From NCBI RefSeq assembly GCF_001194135.2, contig NC_068983.1:132546981-132596390 (forward strand): 49,410 bases of DNA, in the 5' to 3' direction. The position numbers and the translations under genes are program-made. Under the pieces are notes generated by a model, which was not told where the DNA came from, made no database searches, and saw nothing but the letters and a program-made list of their open reading frames with translations. The number at the start of each line of letters is the position of its first letter. The first letter of the stretch is position 1. This document shows, one piece after another, positions 11,880 to 24,987 of this stretch. Source of the DNA: Octopus bimaculoides. Lineage: Eukaryota.

Positions 11880-14800
11880 GATTCATTTGGATGAAGTAAA
11901 GTTATACATGAAATAATGTTATAGATTTCGACGGACACGGCTTAACTCTTCCTAAATGCTATCATGTATTAAATTTGTCGCTTTCACATATATTTATCCG
12001 AGAACTGATGTATATGGCATTATAAACACGTTCAGAGAGAGAAAATAATAATTTATTACCATTGTATATCTGATATCTGAAATGTAAAATGTCATTATGA
12101 AATATCTTATGGGCTGCAAACATTTATTGTAAACGGGTTTTTATGTTTCTAGTAAAATAAATTACGAGCCAACAATAGAAACTGAATAATAAAAGCATTC
12201 TTCTACAAACATGGTCTCAAAGAAGGCCATCTTCTCACATTGTATACTTACACATATCACCCAAGTATTTCTTAACAGTTTTTAATCGTTGCATGTGATT
12301 GAATTTATCACTAATTCAATCACAAACATTCTGTATGTCAAGAAAACAGGCCAATACTAGGAATGTACCTAAAAAGCATAACCGTATATTTCACATGCTA
12401 CTTATAGCTTGCAAACACCATAGTATCTTGCACCAAACAGTTATTACTAAACTTCCATTCGAGTTAATTAATTTAAATTCCAGGATCAGTCTATATTTCA
12501 TTTCTTATCAAATAGCCATTGTTAACAAAATGCACGTCTGAAATATAATAAAATACCTTATATGTGCAGTTTTTCTACGTAAACAAACATTCCCCCAATG
12601 GTATAAAAACAACTCATCTTTTTGAATGGTCAACAATTCATATACCAATGGTCTTTATAAATTAGTCATTTATAGACACTACATTTCAGAAAATTCTATC
12701 ATTTTTTTCAAGTTCTCTAATGTAGCAATTTGCCTGCCATCTCTTCTGAAGTTGCTCGTATTTCCCCCACTGTTATCATTAATGTAGTACACACAATCAC
12801 AAAACTAAATACTTTCTTATATCCCCAGAAGATTTCAATCCTATGTAATCCCTTCGCTACCAATATTGTAGTAAGAAATATACAGATAGTTACATAGAAC
12901 ATGCCTGCAACGCAGTCACACACACACACAAGCACACTCACTTGACCGCATTTTAACACTTAAATTTCGAGGTTCACTGTATTCCGAATGATTTTTTCCT
13001 AACACAGTTTTCCTGAGTTCCATGTTCTCAATGTTGAATGCAAAAGCATCCTTATATAAGTTTTATTATAACATTTTGCTTGCATTTATGTAATGGTCAT
13101 TATTCTCAATCTCGTTGAGCAGCTGAAAAGACTATTGTCATTAAATAATGAATTTTTTTTTTATTTTTCTATACTGAGCCCAATTTTGTTAAATCTGCTG
13201 TAACAGCTAGGAATCAAGAATCAAATTGATTCTTTGATCCTGAATCTGTTATTGTTGTTCCTTTGAAAGTTTTTTAAAATTTAATACATCAACTTGTATA
13301 TGGTTTTCAATGATATTCTATTCGCTGAATTATTTTTCTCCGCTTTTACTATATAGCATAGTTTCCATACATTTTTCTTTTGTGCCAATATCTGTTGTTA
13401 GACATCCACTTCATCTACTATTAAATCAATATAGTCGGCAAAACGAAATTTATTATGTACCTTCCAGCTTACCATTATCTTCAAAAGACTGAACAATGTC
13501 TATCATTATGTATGTAACTAACAGTTTGCTGTGCGAGTGTTTATGAGCGTATATATTCATGAGTATGTATGCGAAAACCGTACCTAGTTAGGAGTAACTG
13601 ACTGAAGAGAGTGACCACTGACGATATGCTAATGCGAAACAAATATGTGTGAACTGATTCAGACAGGAAACTTACGAAAACCGAACTAGCAACAACACAT
13701 GAATTACACCCATTGGGAGAACAATCTACGTGCAATTTCGAATTAATTTAGTAGAAGTATCATTAGATATAGCTTTTCGGTCAACAAGTAAAACAGAGTT
13801 TTACTTGTTGGTCTTCGAACTGCAAATGCATTGACTGTTACAAGTAAAAGAAATTGTTTTTCAAACAGCGGTTCGACATAGAATTGAATAGTAAATTGGC
13901 TGTACAAATCCAACTCGTACAAGTGTCTATATTATAGCCTGCCATTGACATTAAGCATTCTGTCCACATAAAATTGGTATTATATACAAGTATGTTGATG
14001 CTTGCTTGCAGATTTTGCTGTGAAATATAAGTTTTTTATTGGAGATACATAAGTCAACCAGGGATTTTCTCCCAAGGAAGGTTACGATAAACAGTAAGGA
14101 GGGACATAGATGAGTGACACATAATGTAGATCACTATTATTGAAGGTATTATAGTCAACCGTGTCGAACATTGATGGAACACTACGAATTACTGAAGCCT
14201 TACTTTCTAACGGTGTATATTATTCTGTGTTGGAAACAAAACCCTGAAATCTGTGTAAGGACGAACGAATTACAAGGATTGCTGCAGTCATATACATAAC
14301 GGCTCAAGATTACAAGACCAAATAAGAAGAAATGGGGACGAAAAGATATCATTGGATGGCTATGAATCACAGTTAAATTTTCAAAATCATACAAGCCTAT
14401 CAACTACAAGAAACAAACAGAACAAAATGATTCCTTGACCAAAAACTGACAGTAACCATATTCAAGTGTGCGTGTGAAATAACATTTACAGATGAATCGG
14501 ATTGAACGCAAAATCTGACACTCAGTCAGCCATAGTAGCATCAAGACGGTCATCGTCGGTATCAAAGTAGAACCAAGAAGCGCGAATGTCTATATGTGTG
14601 AATGTCGGTATACTTTGAACTAACATAGACCAATCAACACTGTATAGATTGGTATTTAATGTGCAAATGCACTTGACGTGTTAGATTTCACATCAAAGTA
14701 ATCATTTTTTATAAAATTGATAACGATAGCTTCTAACTGCAAATTTCTCTCTGTAGGCATCGCTTTCTGATGCTACATAATTTTTGCCCATACGCAGTAT

Positions 14801-15313
14801 CTATTTTCGCCATTATATTACTAAATACATGAGAATTCTCTTTGATCTTGTTTCAAACATAAATCAACTATTCACTGAACTTTCGACATTACAACAGCCA
14901 TCGTTGACATGTAGTTTTTACAAGTGATTTAAATCTAATGCGTTCCTGAGTTCAGAATTCTCAACACACAAAAAGACACCACGTTCGATCTGTTCATTTC
15001 AGTTAATATTGCTGAAAGCATAATCAATGTGTTGGACGAAGAGGTAATTTATTTTTGCGGTTGGCTAGCGTCAACGTAATTCACTTAAGAATTGGAAATA
15101 GTAGGCATTTAACCCGGGGTATTTTATAAATTGCTATGTACAGTAAATAATATATAAAGGGAATGATTTTTATTCAATATTACGTATATTATTTTATTTC
15201 TCTCATTTCCCCCACCTCATTTTTCTCCACATCTGTATCTATCACTTTTCTGTGAGTAAACACACACGCGCACACACACACACATATACACACTAACACA
15301 CATACATACATAT

Positions 15314-15361
<48 letters not shown>

Positions 15362-16276
15362 CTGTGCTGTTGCGCATTGAATATATATATGCATACCTTT
15401 GAGTTCACGTCTATTTGACCAGTATTGGCGAACCTAACGCTCCCATAGCTTACATATAAGGAATTATCGAGCGTATGATAGGGAAGCCTATATTATCCGT
15501 CTGCCATACACCATCATCACTCCCTTGAACAAGTAGTCCTTCACCGATTGAGCTGTTCTGGTTGTCTTGGCAGAAAATAATTCAAGTGTTTCTCCATGTT
15601 ATTTTAACAACGCTGTGCAACCAAAGTTGAGAAACAGGGAGAAGGAGCGATGCGGTAGAGAGAGACAAAGAAAAGGAGAAGAGATTACAGTAGGTTTTGA
15701 TACCGAAAGAATGTAACACAAAGCTGTTATGGACGGTATTTAAGATAGAACAGAACGCGCTCCAACTAAAGCAATGTTTCTTCAAATTTACTCTCCTACA
15801 CCAAACACAGACACAACCATGAAACAGTGTGATACTGAAACAGACTGATAAGTAAGGAAAACTCTATTTTGTTTAAACCTTCATATTGTACAATATGATT
15901 AAAATTCATGTAGTCGACTTCGCCCCTCGTCCAGTATCTCTCCACGCTCACGGTGATTTTAGAAGGGTTCAGTCTTTGCAAGCATCTTGACTAGGCTTTC
16001 TTTTAAGAATATCTACTTCCCTTCCACTACTCTCGATGGGAGGCTTGTAATACATATGTATTGGAAGGATGGTTATTGACCAATGGTAGAGCATCTGTTA
16101 TATTGGCAGATGTGTGTTCGTGTGCCAGGGACAGCTTTCAACTGTTATTACTCAAAGAGCTTTTTAACCCTATGTTTACACGCATTTATTTATAGATGTT
16201 TATCTTACGACAGGCCGAAAATTCGAAAGAAGAAATATTTCCTTTCCACAAAATGTATACACTCTGATGTCAGTAG

Positions 16277-16316
<40 letters not shown>

Positions 16317-16967
16317 NNNNNNNNNNNNNNNNNNNNNNNNNNNNNNNNNNNNNNNNNNNNNNNNNNNNNNNNNNNNNNNNNNNNNNNNNNNNNNNNNNNN
16401 NNNNNNNNNNNNNNNNNNNNNNNNNNNNNNNNNNNNNNNNNNNNNNNNNNNNNNNNNNNNNNNNNNNNNNNNNNNNNNNNNNNNNNNNNNNNNNNNNNNN
16501 NNNNNNNNNNNNNNNNNNNNNNNNNNNNNNNNNNNNNNNNNNNNNNNNNNNNNNNNNNNNNNNNNNNNNNNNNNNNNNNNNNNNNNNNNNNNNNNNNNNN
16601 NNNNNNNNNNNNNNNNNNNNNNNNNNNNNNNNNNNNNNNNNNNNNNNNNNNNNNNNNNNNNNNNNNNNNNNNNNNNNNNNNNNNNNNNNNNNNNNNNNNN
16701 NNNNNNNNNNNNNNNNNNNNNNNNNNNNNNNNNNNNNNNNNNNNNNNNNNNNNNNNNNNNNNNNNNNNNNNNNNNNNNNNNNNNNNNNNNNNNNNNNNNN
16801 NNNNNNNNNNNNNNNNNNNNNNNNNNNNNNNNNNNNNNNNNNNNNNNNNNNNNNNNNNNNNNNNNNNNNNNNNNNNNNNNNNNNNNNNNNNNNNNNNNNN
16901 NNNNNNNNNNNNNNNNNNNNNNNNNNNNNNNNNNNNNNNNNNNNNNNNNNNNNNNNNNNNNNNNNNN
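16317..16967. other. Assembly gap flanked by (TA)n
   Basis: N run. Confidence 0.99.
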
Positions 16968-17329
16968 TATATATATACGTTTCGATCCTACGCTCTCCCA
17001 CAGAAAGGAACGCATAACTAAGAAAAAAGGTGGCTTATTAGCAATTAGAACCTAAATGCAAAATTAATAGAGTTCTCAAAAGTGACGGATGGTGTTCACC
17101 AGCACCGTTTATGCTAAAATAAGCGTTAAATAAACTCCGAAGCCACAAATCACTAACTCAATAATTGACAAATGCACGTTAGACCCTATCTTATGAAGCG
17201 ATTTAAAATTTTGGTGTTGACACCTTAATCCATATGCTTATTTTCCGGACGGTGTAAGTGTAAGTGTAAGATAGATATCTATCAACTGTTTTGCGGCTGT
17301 ACATGAGATCATCAGGAAGAGAGAGTTTT

Positions 17330-17950
17330 TCAAGAGTTCACTGCCAACTCGTGCAATGTTGCTCACTTCACTTTTCAGGACTGCATTAATATATTTACTT
17401 TTGCTGCTGTTGTTTTTGCAGATACTACCCGAATGATACCATACGGTATTCGAAGGACGCCTGCACTCATCCCACGTCTCTGCTACCTTAATTTCTTCTT
17501 ATGCACAGCCTGTCAACATCACTGTTTCTGTGGAACTTCCAAGTTGTTGCCGGGATTTCGGGCGTTTTGATATCTACGGAATGGATTTCCTCTACAGACC
17601 AATCAAGTAACTCAAATGTTGGGATCACCACTGGTACTGCAAATGTATTGTGGGATATTGTTTTGTTGTAAGAGGTGAGTTCCGACTGACATATTTTCCA
17701 AAGTCTAGTGTAATATTCTCGGGTTACTGTATCTTTATTCTACAGTGCCTTCATACGATACATTTTCGTCTATGTCTAGGTACTTGTAACATTCTTTGTA
17801 TGGAATGGGAGAGACAGAGTGACCGTTAAAACAGAGGTATTGTGTTTGGGAGACAGAATTTCTTCGTTCTATAACCAAGTATGAACATTTCTTTTGGCTA
17901 AAAGTTATGCCTATATCAACTGAAAATGTTATTAATTCAAGTTGTTTTTG
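17330..17950 (-). mobile_element. R4/Dong-type (RLE clade) non-LTR retrotransposon RT C-terminal fragment
   Basis: [40 protein letters not shown], then in a shifted frame EYYTRLWKICQSELTSYNKTISHNTFAVPVVIPTFELLDWSVEEIHSVDIKT..FHRNSDVDRL. Matches recalled R4-clade RT/thumb motifs. Confidence 0.8.
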
Positions 17951-17954
17951 GAAT

Positions 17955-18045
17955 GTATGCATGTATGTATGTATGTATGTATGTATGTATGTATGTATGT
18001 ATGTATGCATGCATGTATGTATGTATGTATGTACGTATGCATGTA
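17955..18045. repeat. (ATGT)n tetranucleotide microsatellite
   Basis: Directly visible; abuts the R4-like fragment. Confidence 0.95.
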
Positions 18046-18056
18046 TTTGTAGATAC

Positions 18057-18097
<41 letters not shown>

Positions 18098-18181
18098 NNN
18101 NNNNNNNNNNNNNNNNNNNNNNNNNNNNNNNNNNNNNNNNNNNNNNNNNNNNNNNNNNNNNNNNNNNNNNNNNNNNNNNNN
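18098..18181. other. Assembly gap
   Basis: N run within (TA)n. Confidence 0.99.
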
Positions 18182-18717
18182 TATATATATGTATGTATGT
18201 TAAGTACGTATGTATGCATGCATGTAAGTATGCATGTATGTATGTGTATGTACGAATGTGTGTATGTTAGTGTTTAAGCATGTATGTGGCTAATGTTGCT
18301 TTGGAAATATTCAACTCCCTAAATTTCGATTAAAAATGATGTTGGAAGCTATCTAGTTACTCCTTTCATAAATTTAAATCATCCATAATCTTTATGGATA
18401 TATAGTCGCTTAATGTAAAAATAGATTACCTTAACGTGTCAGTAAATGCATCGTAAACATCAATTAATATCCTAGAAAACGATTATTTAATATTTCTATT
18501 GTAATGCCATTCTGAATGCTCAGAAAACAAGTTCGCTGTTATTTTAATATCATTCATAAGTCCTGCATATCTGTGTTTGTCACTGTTTCACACAGTATTA
18601 CATTTTTATTTAATTTGACTTTGATATCTAAACAATCTTAACTCATATGAATGCATGTTTTTTATCTGAATGATATCACTGGTTAAAACTAAATTGTTAA
18701 AACTTTACTGGGGATAC

Positions 18718-18762
18718 ATAGTCTTTCTAGATGCACAAGTTCTGTGCATCTAGAAAGACTAT
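18718..18762. repeat. Perfect 20-bp inverted repeat with 5-nt loop
   Basis: atagtctttctagatgcaca-agttc-tgtgcatctagaaagactat. Confidence 0.98.
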
Positions 18763-18871
18763 TCAATAGCAGGAATCAAATCATACCTGAGATGAAATAA
18801 GACCTAAGACTATCAACTTTCTCTTACAATGAGAAACTGGATGCCGAAGGAGATGTAAACCAATAACAGAG

Positions 18872-19250
18872 GAGCGGTAGGAAATTAGCATTTTATACAG
18901 CGATGAGTAATGACTTGGGCAACAAAACAATTATTCTTCCCCTAGCACAGACATACGCATAGATTCGATATGCTGCTTGTAAAATATGTCAGTGCCTCTG
19001 TATCAAACATTTTCACTATGTACGCCAGAGAGCACGAGATCTACGACTAATTCGCAACGTCAATATGCGGGGAACCATGGCAATTATAGCTACTGATGAC
19101 AGACAACTTTAATACATTGTGGGGACCCACCGTATTCCTTGGCTAAGTCGCCTGAGTCGCCTCGAGCAGTAGGAAATTAGCAGTTTATACAGTGATGTGT
19201 AATGACTTGGGCAACAAACAATTATTCTTCTCCTAAGCACAGACACACAG
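18872..19250. repeat. ~85-bp direct repeat pair (18872-18957, 19164-19250)
   Basis: gagc(g/a)gtaggaaattagca(t/g)tttatacag(c/t)gatg(a/t)gtaatgacttgggcaacaaa..caattattctt..agcacagaca occurs twice. Confidence 0.93.
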
Positions 19251-19356
19251 ACCGACAGACACACACACACTCTCACTCTTTCTCCCTCTCTCTCCTTCTC
19301 TCTATTTCTCTATTTCTCACTCGCACATACTTAATAATTGCATATGTTAATGTTTT

Positions 19357-19446
19357 AGGCAGAAGGCCAACGACTTCGACGAAAGTGGTTGATCGATTCC
19401 ATCGACCCTACTATTTGAGTGATTCTTCATTTTATCGACTCCGAAA
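19357..19446 (-). mobile_element. Decayed SINE 3' half
   Basis: atcgattccatcgaccc..tttatcgactccgaaag matches the central domain of the 30001-30232 SINE. Confidence 0.6.
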
Positions 19447-20542
19447 GCTTTACAAAGAGAAGCATTAAAAGGCAAAGCAAGTGTTAAACAGTTTCTATCC
19501 ATAACCCTGATCAATACTACTAGAATTAGTAAATAATCACACATACATACTCTCATACACCTATACACACCCATGGAGACACTTGTTTGTATGAAGCCAA
19601 CAGTAAAATATTGGAAAATACATAAGTATTACATACTGTTGTCATCTCTCATCCTTGCCTCGAACAGGGAACTTGAGGATATTTGAAAATTCAACTCATT
19701 TAAAAAGAAACTTGAACATTGAGATAGCCACGAAATTACTGTAGCGAACAAAATTTGACTAATGATAGAACTATTTAAAGATAAATAATAACCAGCTCTA
19801 ATATGAGGACTCTCTAATAATACAGCAATACAACAGTAGGAGAGTATTTTTTCTGGGGATAAACGTTGTGTAATGCTGTCATAACTACTGTGAATAAGAC
19901 ATCGCTATATTCATCCGAAACCATTTATTAGGTCCGCAATACAGTGATTATTCAGTATAGAATCTATAGCAATCTTTATTATACTGGCTGTATAACAAGT
20001 TTCTTAACCTTTTCCAAATATGCAGCATACTATTTAGAATGTTATTTAGTTTTGAAGCAGATGAGAAAACGTCAATGATTTTATATTTATCTTATATTTA
20101 TTATCCACAAAATGTATTTCATAAAGTCCGTCGTTGACACAGTTGTGATCGTTAAGGACATATAAAAGAAAATTTATGACCAAAGTGTCAACATTGGTCC
20201 ATTAAGCCATCAGCGTTCATTAAATCTCTTTTTATGCTTAGTGTTACAAATCTTACATCGCCAAATTATTTTCGCATTTTAACGAAAGATTAACATTTTA
20301 ATGAGAAATAACGCAAAAATATATTGATTTGTTTCAAAATATTTTTAGGTAAGTATCATTGGCACACAAATTTATGAATCAAATAACAAATTGAAATATT
20401 GAAGTATGTAATTTTTTGTCTCCAAAGTCAAATTATATTAATTTCTAAAAGTCCAAGATCTTAACATATACATCAGACAGACAGACAAATAAGCAGATAG
20501 ATACAGATATAAATTAATATGCATATATACATTTTCAAATGT

Positions 20543-20760
20543 TTGTGTGTCAGTTTTTGTGCCCCCACCTACCATCATCGCTACACGAACGATGTTGGTA
20601 TGCTTACGTCCCCGAAACATTAGCGGTTTGACAAAATACCGATAGAATAAGTATAAGGGTTACAAAGCATAAGTCCTTGGGTCTATTTCTTCGACTAAAG
20701 GCGGTGCACCAGCATATCAACAGTCAAATGACTGAAACAAGGAAAAGAATAAAAGAATAT
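20543..20760 (+). mobile_element. SINE, second family (5'-truncated)
   Basis: gtgcccccac..atcgct..cgatgttggt..tacgtcccc..gaccgatagaataagt shared with 29825-29925; A-rich aaagaata tail. Confidence 0.6.
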
Positions 20761-20891
20761 ATGTATATATATATGCACATATATATGCATATATACATAT
20801 ATGTATATATATGTATATATTATTATATTTATATAGACACGTATATATATGTATGCATATATATGTGCGCATGGACATAAATTTGCATATG

Positions 20892-20958
<67 letters not shown>

Positions 20959-20974
20959 TATAATGAAATAATTA

Positions 20975-21555
20975 CGCATTAAGGAACACATGCAAGCAGA
21001 CATTTCCGTGAATAAAACATCTACGGAAATGCCATATCCGGGAATTTACAGTGCACATCAACATCAACACAGGGGACAGGATCGACCTTAGAATCTCTGA
21101 AGCCATCCTCATACACCAAAAGAAACCCAAGATCAACAATAGAAAAGAGTTATAGGAAGATAGCTGGTTGCTATAGCAACACGCTTCTGCGCAAGTATAC
21201 AACACGCAATCCGCAGGGAAGGATTCGACATACAGATAGTGCACACCGGGCCTTCTCTGAGAAAAAATTTATCCAAGAACAACACCTCTCACTACTCTGA
21301 GAAGTTCACATTGTCGAACTGCCCCATCAATGACCCTAAATTGTGCCATGACCACTTCACACACGCTAATACACACGTGCATATCCACTCCACACACGCT
21401 AATACACGCACATCGGAAACATTAGGCAGTGTCTTGGAAATGGGGTCATAACCCCGAAATATTGAATACAAGGTAAGTCTACATTAATTCACATAGCTTT
21501 CTTGTGATTTACCTTGCATTTACTTCACAATTTTTTGCCTTACCCACAATCTTTT
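20975..21555 (+). mobile_element. PLE GIY-YIG C-terminus, 3' UTR and decayed HHR
   Basis: KHLRKCHIREFTVHININTGDRIDLRISEAILIHQKKPKINNRKEL* resembles the L.I.EA..I...KP.IN end of Penelope GIY-YIG. Downstream GGGGT-cata-ACCCC-GAAA (21442-21459) is HHR stem II plus GAAA, with a mutated 5' core. Confidence 0.72.
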
Positions 21556-21572
21556 ATATATATATATATATA

Positions 21573-22355
21573 NNNNNNNNNNNNNNNNNNNNNNNNNNNN
21601 NNNNNNNNNNNNNNNNNNNNNNNNNNNNNNNNNNNNNNNNNNNNNNNNNNNNNNNNNNNNNNNNNNNNNNNNNNNNNNNNNNNNNNNNNNNNNNNNNNNN
21701 NNNNNNNNNNNNNNNNNNNNNNNNNNNNNNNNNNNNNNNNNNNNNNNNNNNNNNNNNNNNNNNNNNNNNNNNNNNNNNNNNNNNNNNNNNNNNNNNNNNN
21801 NNNNNNNNNNNNNNNNNNNNNNNNNNNNNNNNNNNNNNNNNNNNNNNNNNNNNNNNNNNNNNNNNNNNNNNNNNNNNNNNNNNNNNNNNNNNNNNNNNNN
21901 NNNNNNNNNNNNNNNNNNNNNNNNNNNNNNNNNNNNNNNNNNNNNNNNNNNNNNNNNNNNNNNNNNNNNNNNNNNNNNNNNNNNNNNNNNNNNNNNNNNN
22001 NNNNNNNNNNNNNNNNNNNNNNNNNNNNNNNNNNNNNNNNNNNNNNNNNNNNNNNNNNNNNNNNNNNNNNNNNNNNNNNNNNNNNNNNNNNNNNNNNNNN
22101 NNNNNNNNNNNNNNNNNNNNNNNNNNNNNNNNNNNNNNNNNNNNNNNNNNNNNNNNNNNNNNNNNNNNNNNNNNNNNNNNNNNNNNNNNNNNNNNNNNNN
22201 NNNNNNNNNNNNNNNNNNNNNNNNNNNNNNNNNNNNNNNNNNNNNNNNNNNNNNNNNNNNNNNNNNNNNNNNNNNNNNNNNNNNNNNNNNNNNNNNNNNN
22301 NNNNNNNNNNNNNNNNNNNNNNNNNNNNNNNNNNNNNNNNNNNNNNNNNNNNNNN
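21573..22355. other. Assembly gap between (TA)n and (GATA)n
   Basis: N run. Confidence 0.99.
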
Positions 22356-22386
22356 GATAGATAGATAGATAGATAGATAGATAGAC

Positions 22387-22447
<61 letters not shown>

Positions 22448-22627
22448 TAGGGCAGGGAATCGTCAATTTCTGTTCTCTTCTGTTTTTTGTTCTGTGTGTG
22501 CCATAAATATCGCCATCCGTTAGAGAGAAAAAAATTGTAGTTTGGAATCAGTAGTTCTTTGACTGCTATTTCTACATTTTCAGTATGTTGGAGAAGCAAC
22601 TCAAGCTAATCCCTGTATATTTATGAT

Positions 22628-22699
<72 letters not shown>

Positions 22700-22700
22700 T
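22356..22700. repeat. Two (GATA)n arrays (22356-22447, 22627-22700)
   Basis: Directly visible. Confidence 0.95.
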
Positions 22701-23056
22701 AGTGCATTCTCTGGTCTTGAATGACAAGTGAGGGTTCAGTAAAATAAAGCGGTTATCAATTTCTGTAGATAGGCATGTGTCATTTGAGGTCTGTTGGTGC
22801 CTAGCAAACGTTTTGGCAAATGGAACGAGTTGAGGACTCAGTTTGCTCGAGTGCTTGCGGATTATTTATTATGTGTTTTCTTGAGTGGATGGCAAGTTCT
22901 GTATTCCTCAGTGCCAAACATCCACAGTGGTAGGTAAGGTTTTCCATTTGGTGAGCGATTATAATTCATTAAAAATGCACGTGCTGCATGGACTTCCCGT
23001 AATGTATGCGCAAGAGCAATCAGTAAGTGGTGGAGTTAGATGCAGCATACCGACAC

Positions 23057-23112
<56 letters not shown>

Positions 23113-23749
23113 CAGATGTTGTAGATTCCGATTCTCTCGTAATTTGTTGTGAAAGAAATGTTTCAAAGAAAACATATTTTGTGTCAATATTTGTGTGAAC
23201 TATCCTACCAGTTTAATTTTCGTACTAAATCCAATATAATTGTTTTCTACAGACTCTGAAATGTATTTATTGAAATGTTCATTTTAAAATAATCATTTTT
23301 CCCAAAGTGATGAGGAAACAAACCCAACCCGGTAACACATGCGCAATGATATACAGCAAGCAGTCGGTTGAAATGCTGTACTTGTTTCCTCATAACTTTG
23401 AGAAAGCGATTAATTTCTTGATGCAATTTTCTAGAAATACCGTTCATAGTATGTAGAATGATTATCATGTCAGAATTTAATATGAAAAATGAAATTAGTG
23501 GGATAGTACACGTACATACTCATACGTATCACATACATCTACAGAATGAAACTTGAAATTTCGTAAGAAACGTAATGTGTGTCAGCATGGAAAACACTAT
23601 TGTACTAATTTATATTTTCATATTAAACTTCTATATAATCGTAATTCAAAACCCTTGAAAAACACTTGTAAAAAATTTCACTTAAGAATACTTGCCTTTC
23701 CGAAAGTATCGGGAAATGAATGTGTGAATTTGCTCATGTGAATTTCTGA

Positions 23750-23913
23750 AACTCTTCTCCGCTAAACTCCGAACGCTTTTCCATCACAAAAAATTCCAGT
23801 ATAATTGGCATCCTCACTATCTGAAGTGTACTTCCGGAAAATTTAATTGAAAATCATCCATTTATCTGGAAGTTGAGAGGGAGTAAACTCGGTGGGGTAT
23901 ACCCATTGCTTAA
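23750..23913. mobile_element. Possible terminus of a TTAA-ending DNA transposon
   Basis: gaagtgtacttccggaaaattt..ctcggtggggtatacccattgcTTAA; parallels 7880-8032. Confidence 0.3.
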
Positions 23914-24345
23914 GGATAGACTTACGCATTAAATAAATTTATGAAGCAATGACATCAAACTAACATAGAACATGATATCTTCTAGATATCGTTTTCCTAC
24001 TAATATATATATATATATATAAATTAGTTGCTGAAAATACTCCTGAATTTGAAAAAAACTTGTAATTGCTTTTACATAAATTAATTTACATTATTTACAT
24101 ACATACCAAACTAGTTTCAACAGTAGTTTTCGTTTATCAATGGTAAAAATTTAAAACTACGAAGTAGAAAAACATGTTTAAAAGATTCAATGTTTATATA
24201 TTCAATAATATCAAATGTGATTTAAATGTTCACATCCTCCAATAATACAAAAAAATGTGGATCATCTCGTTTTAAAGTACAAAATTCAATAGTGTCAGAA
24301 CATATATATATATATATATATGTATGTGCGTGTGTGCGTGCGTGC

Positions 24346-24416
<71 letters not shown>

Positions 24417-24504
24417 TGTGTGTGTGTAGTAGACATTATAACGCCGCTGTTCTACGCGGAACCATGTTATTACATTTTAACATCAGGAAAACGTCTCTTC
24501 CAAT

Positions 24505-24798
24505 TGGTTAACGACACAGAGACTGTGACCGATATATAGTGAGAAATGGAGGGAATCACTCCTTTCCATCTTGGCAAGACCAGTGGACCATTGTTTCTGG
24601 GTTTTTTCCCGTCATCTGTACTGTATAACTGCCTGCTTGAGATGGCAATCAATCGTCCCTACTCACTGTATATAAACAGAGAAGCGGCAGAGAGCTGCTG
24701 ATCTTGTAACGAGCAAAGTAGCTAGTCATAAAAATCTCTAAACGAGTTATAAGTAGTAACTATACCAGACGGTAACACAGGTTGTGCGTCGTTAACCA
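24505..24798 (+). mobile_element. ~294-bp TG...CA element with 11-bp terminal inverted repeats (solo-LTR-like or MITE)
   Basis: Starts TGGTTAACGAC, ends GTCGTTAACCA; internal TATATAAA at ~24669; no TSD recognisable. Confidence 0.5.
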
Positions 24799-24874
24799 TC
24801 TGAAAGAGATAATTTCCTGGGATTAAAATGTAGTAACATAGTTCTGTGTGGAACAGCCATGTTATAGTGCCAAA

Positions 24875-24987
24875 ATATTACCATCTACTATTGTTACTAC
24901 TTATATTTCGTTTAGAGATTTTACAACTAGCTACTTTGCACGTTACAAGATCAGCAGTTGTCTGTCACTTCTCTGTTCTGTTTATAT
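24875..24987 (-). repeat. Inverted partial copy of 24669-24779
   Basis: ctgctgatcttgtaacg(a/t)gcaaagtagctag..aaatctctaaacga..tataagtagtaac is present on both strands. Confidence 0.92.

Noticed and set aside
13600-13650. CTGAAGA...CGAAAC as an HHR
   Set aside because: No stems I, II or III can be formed.
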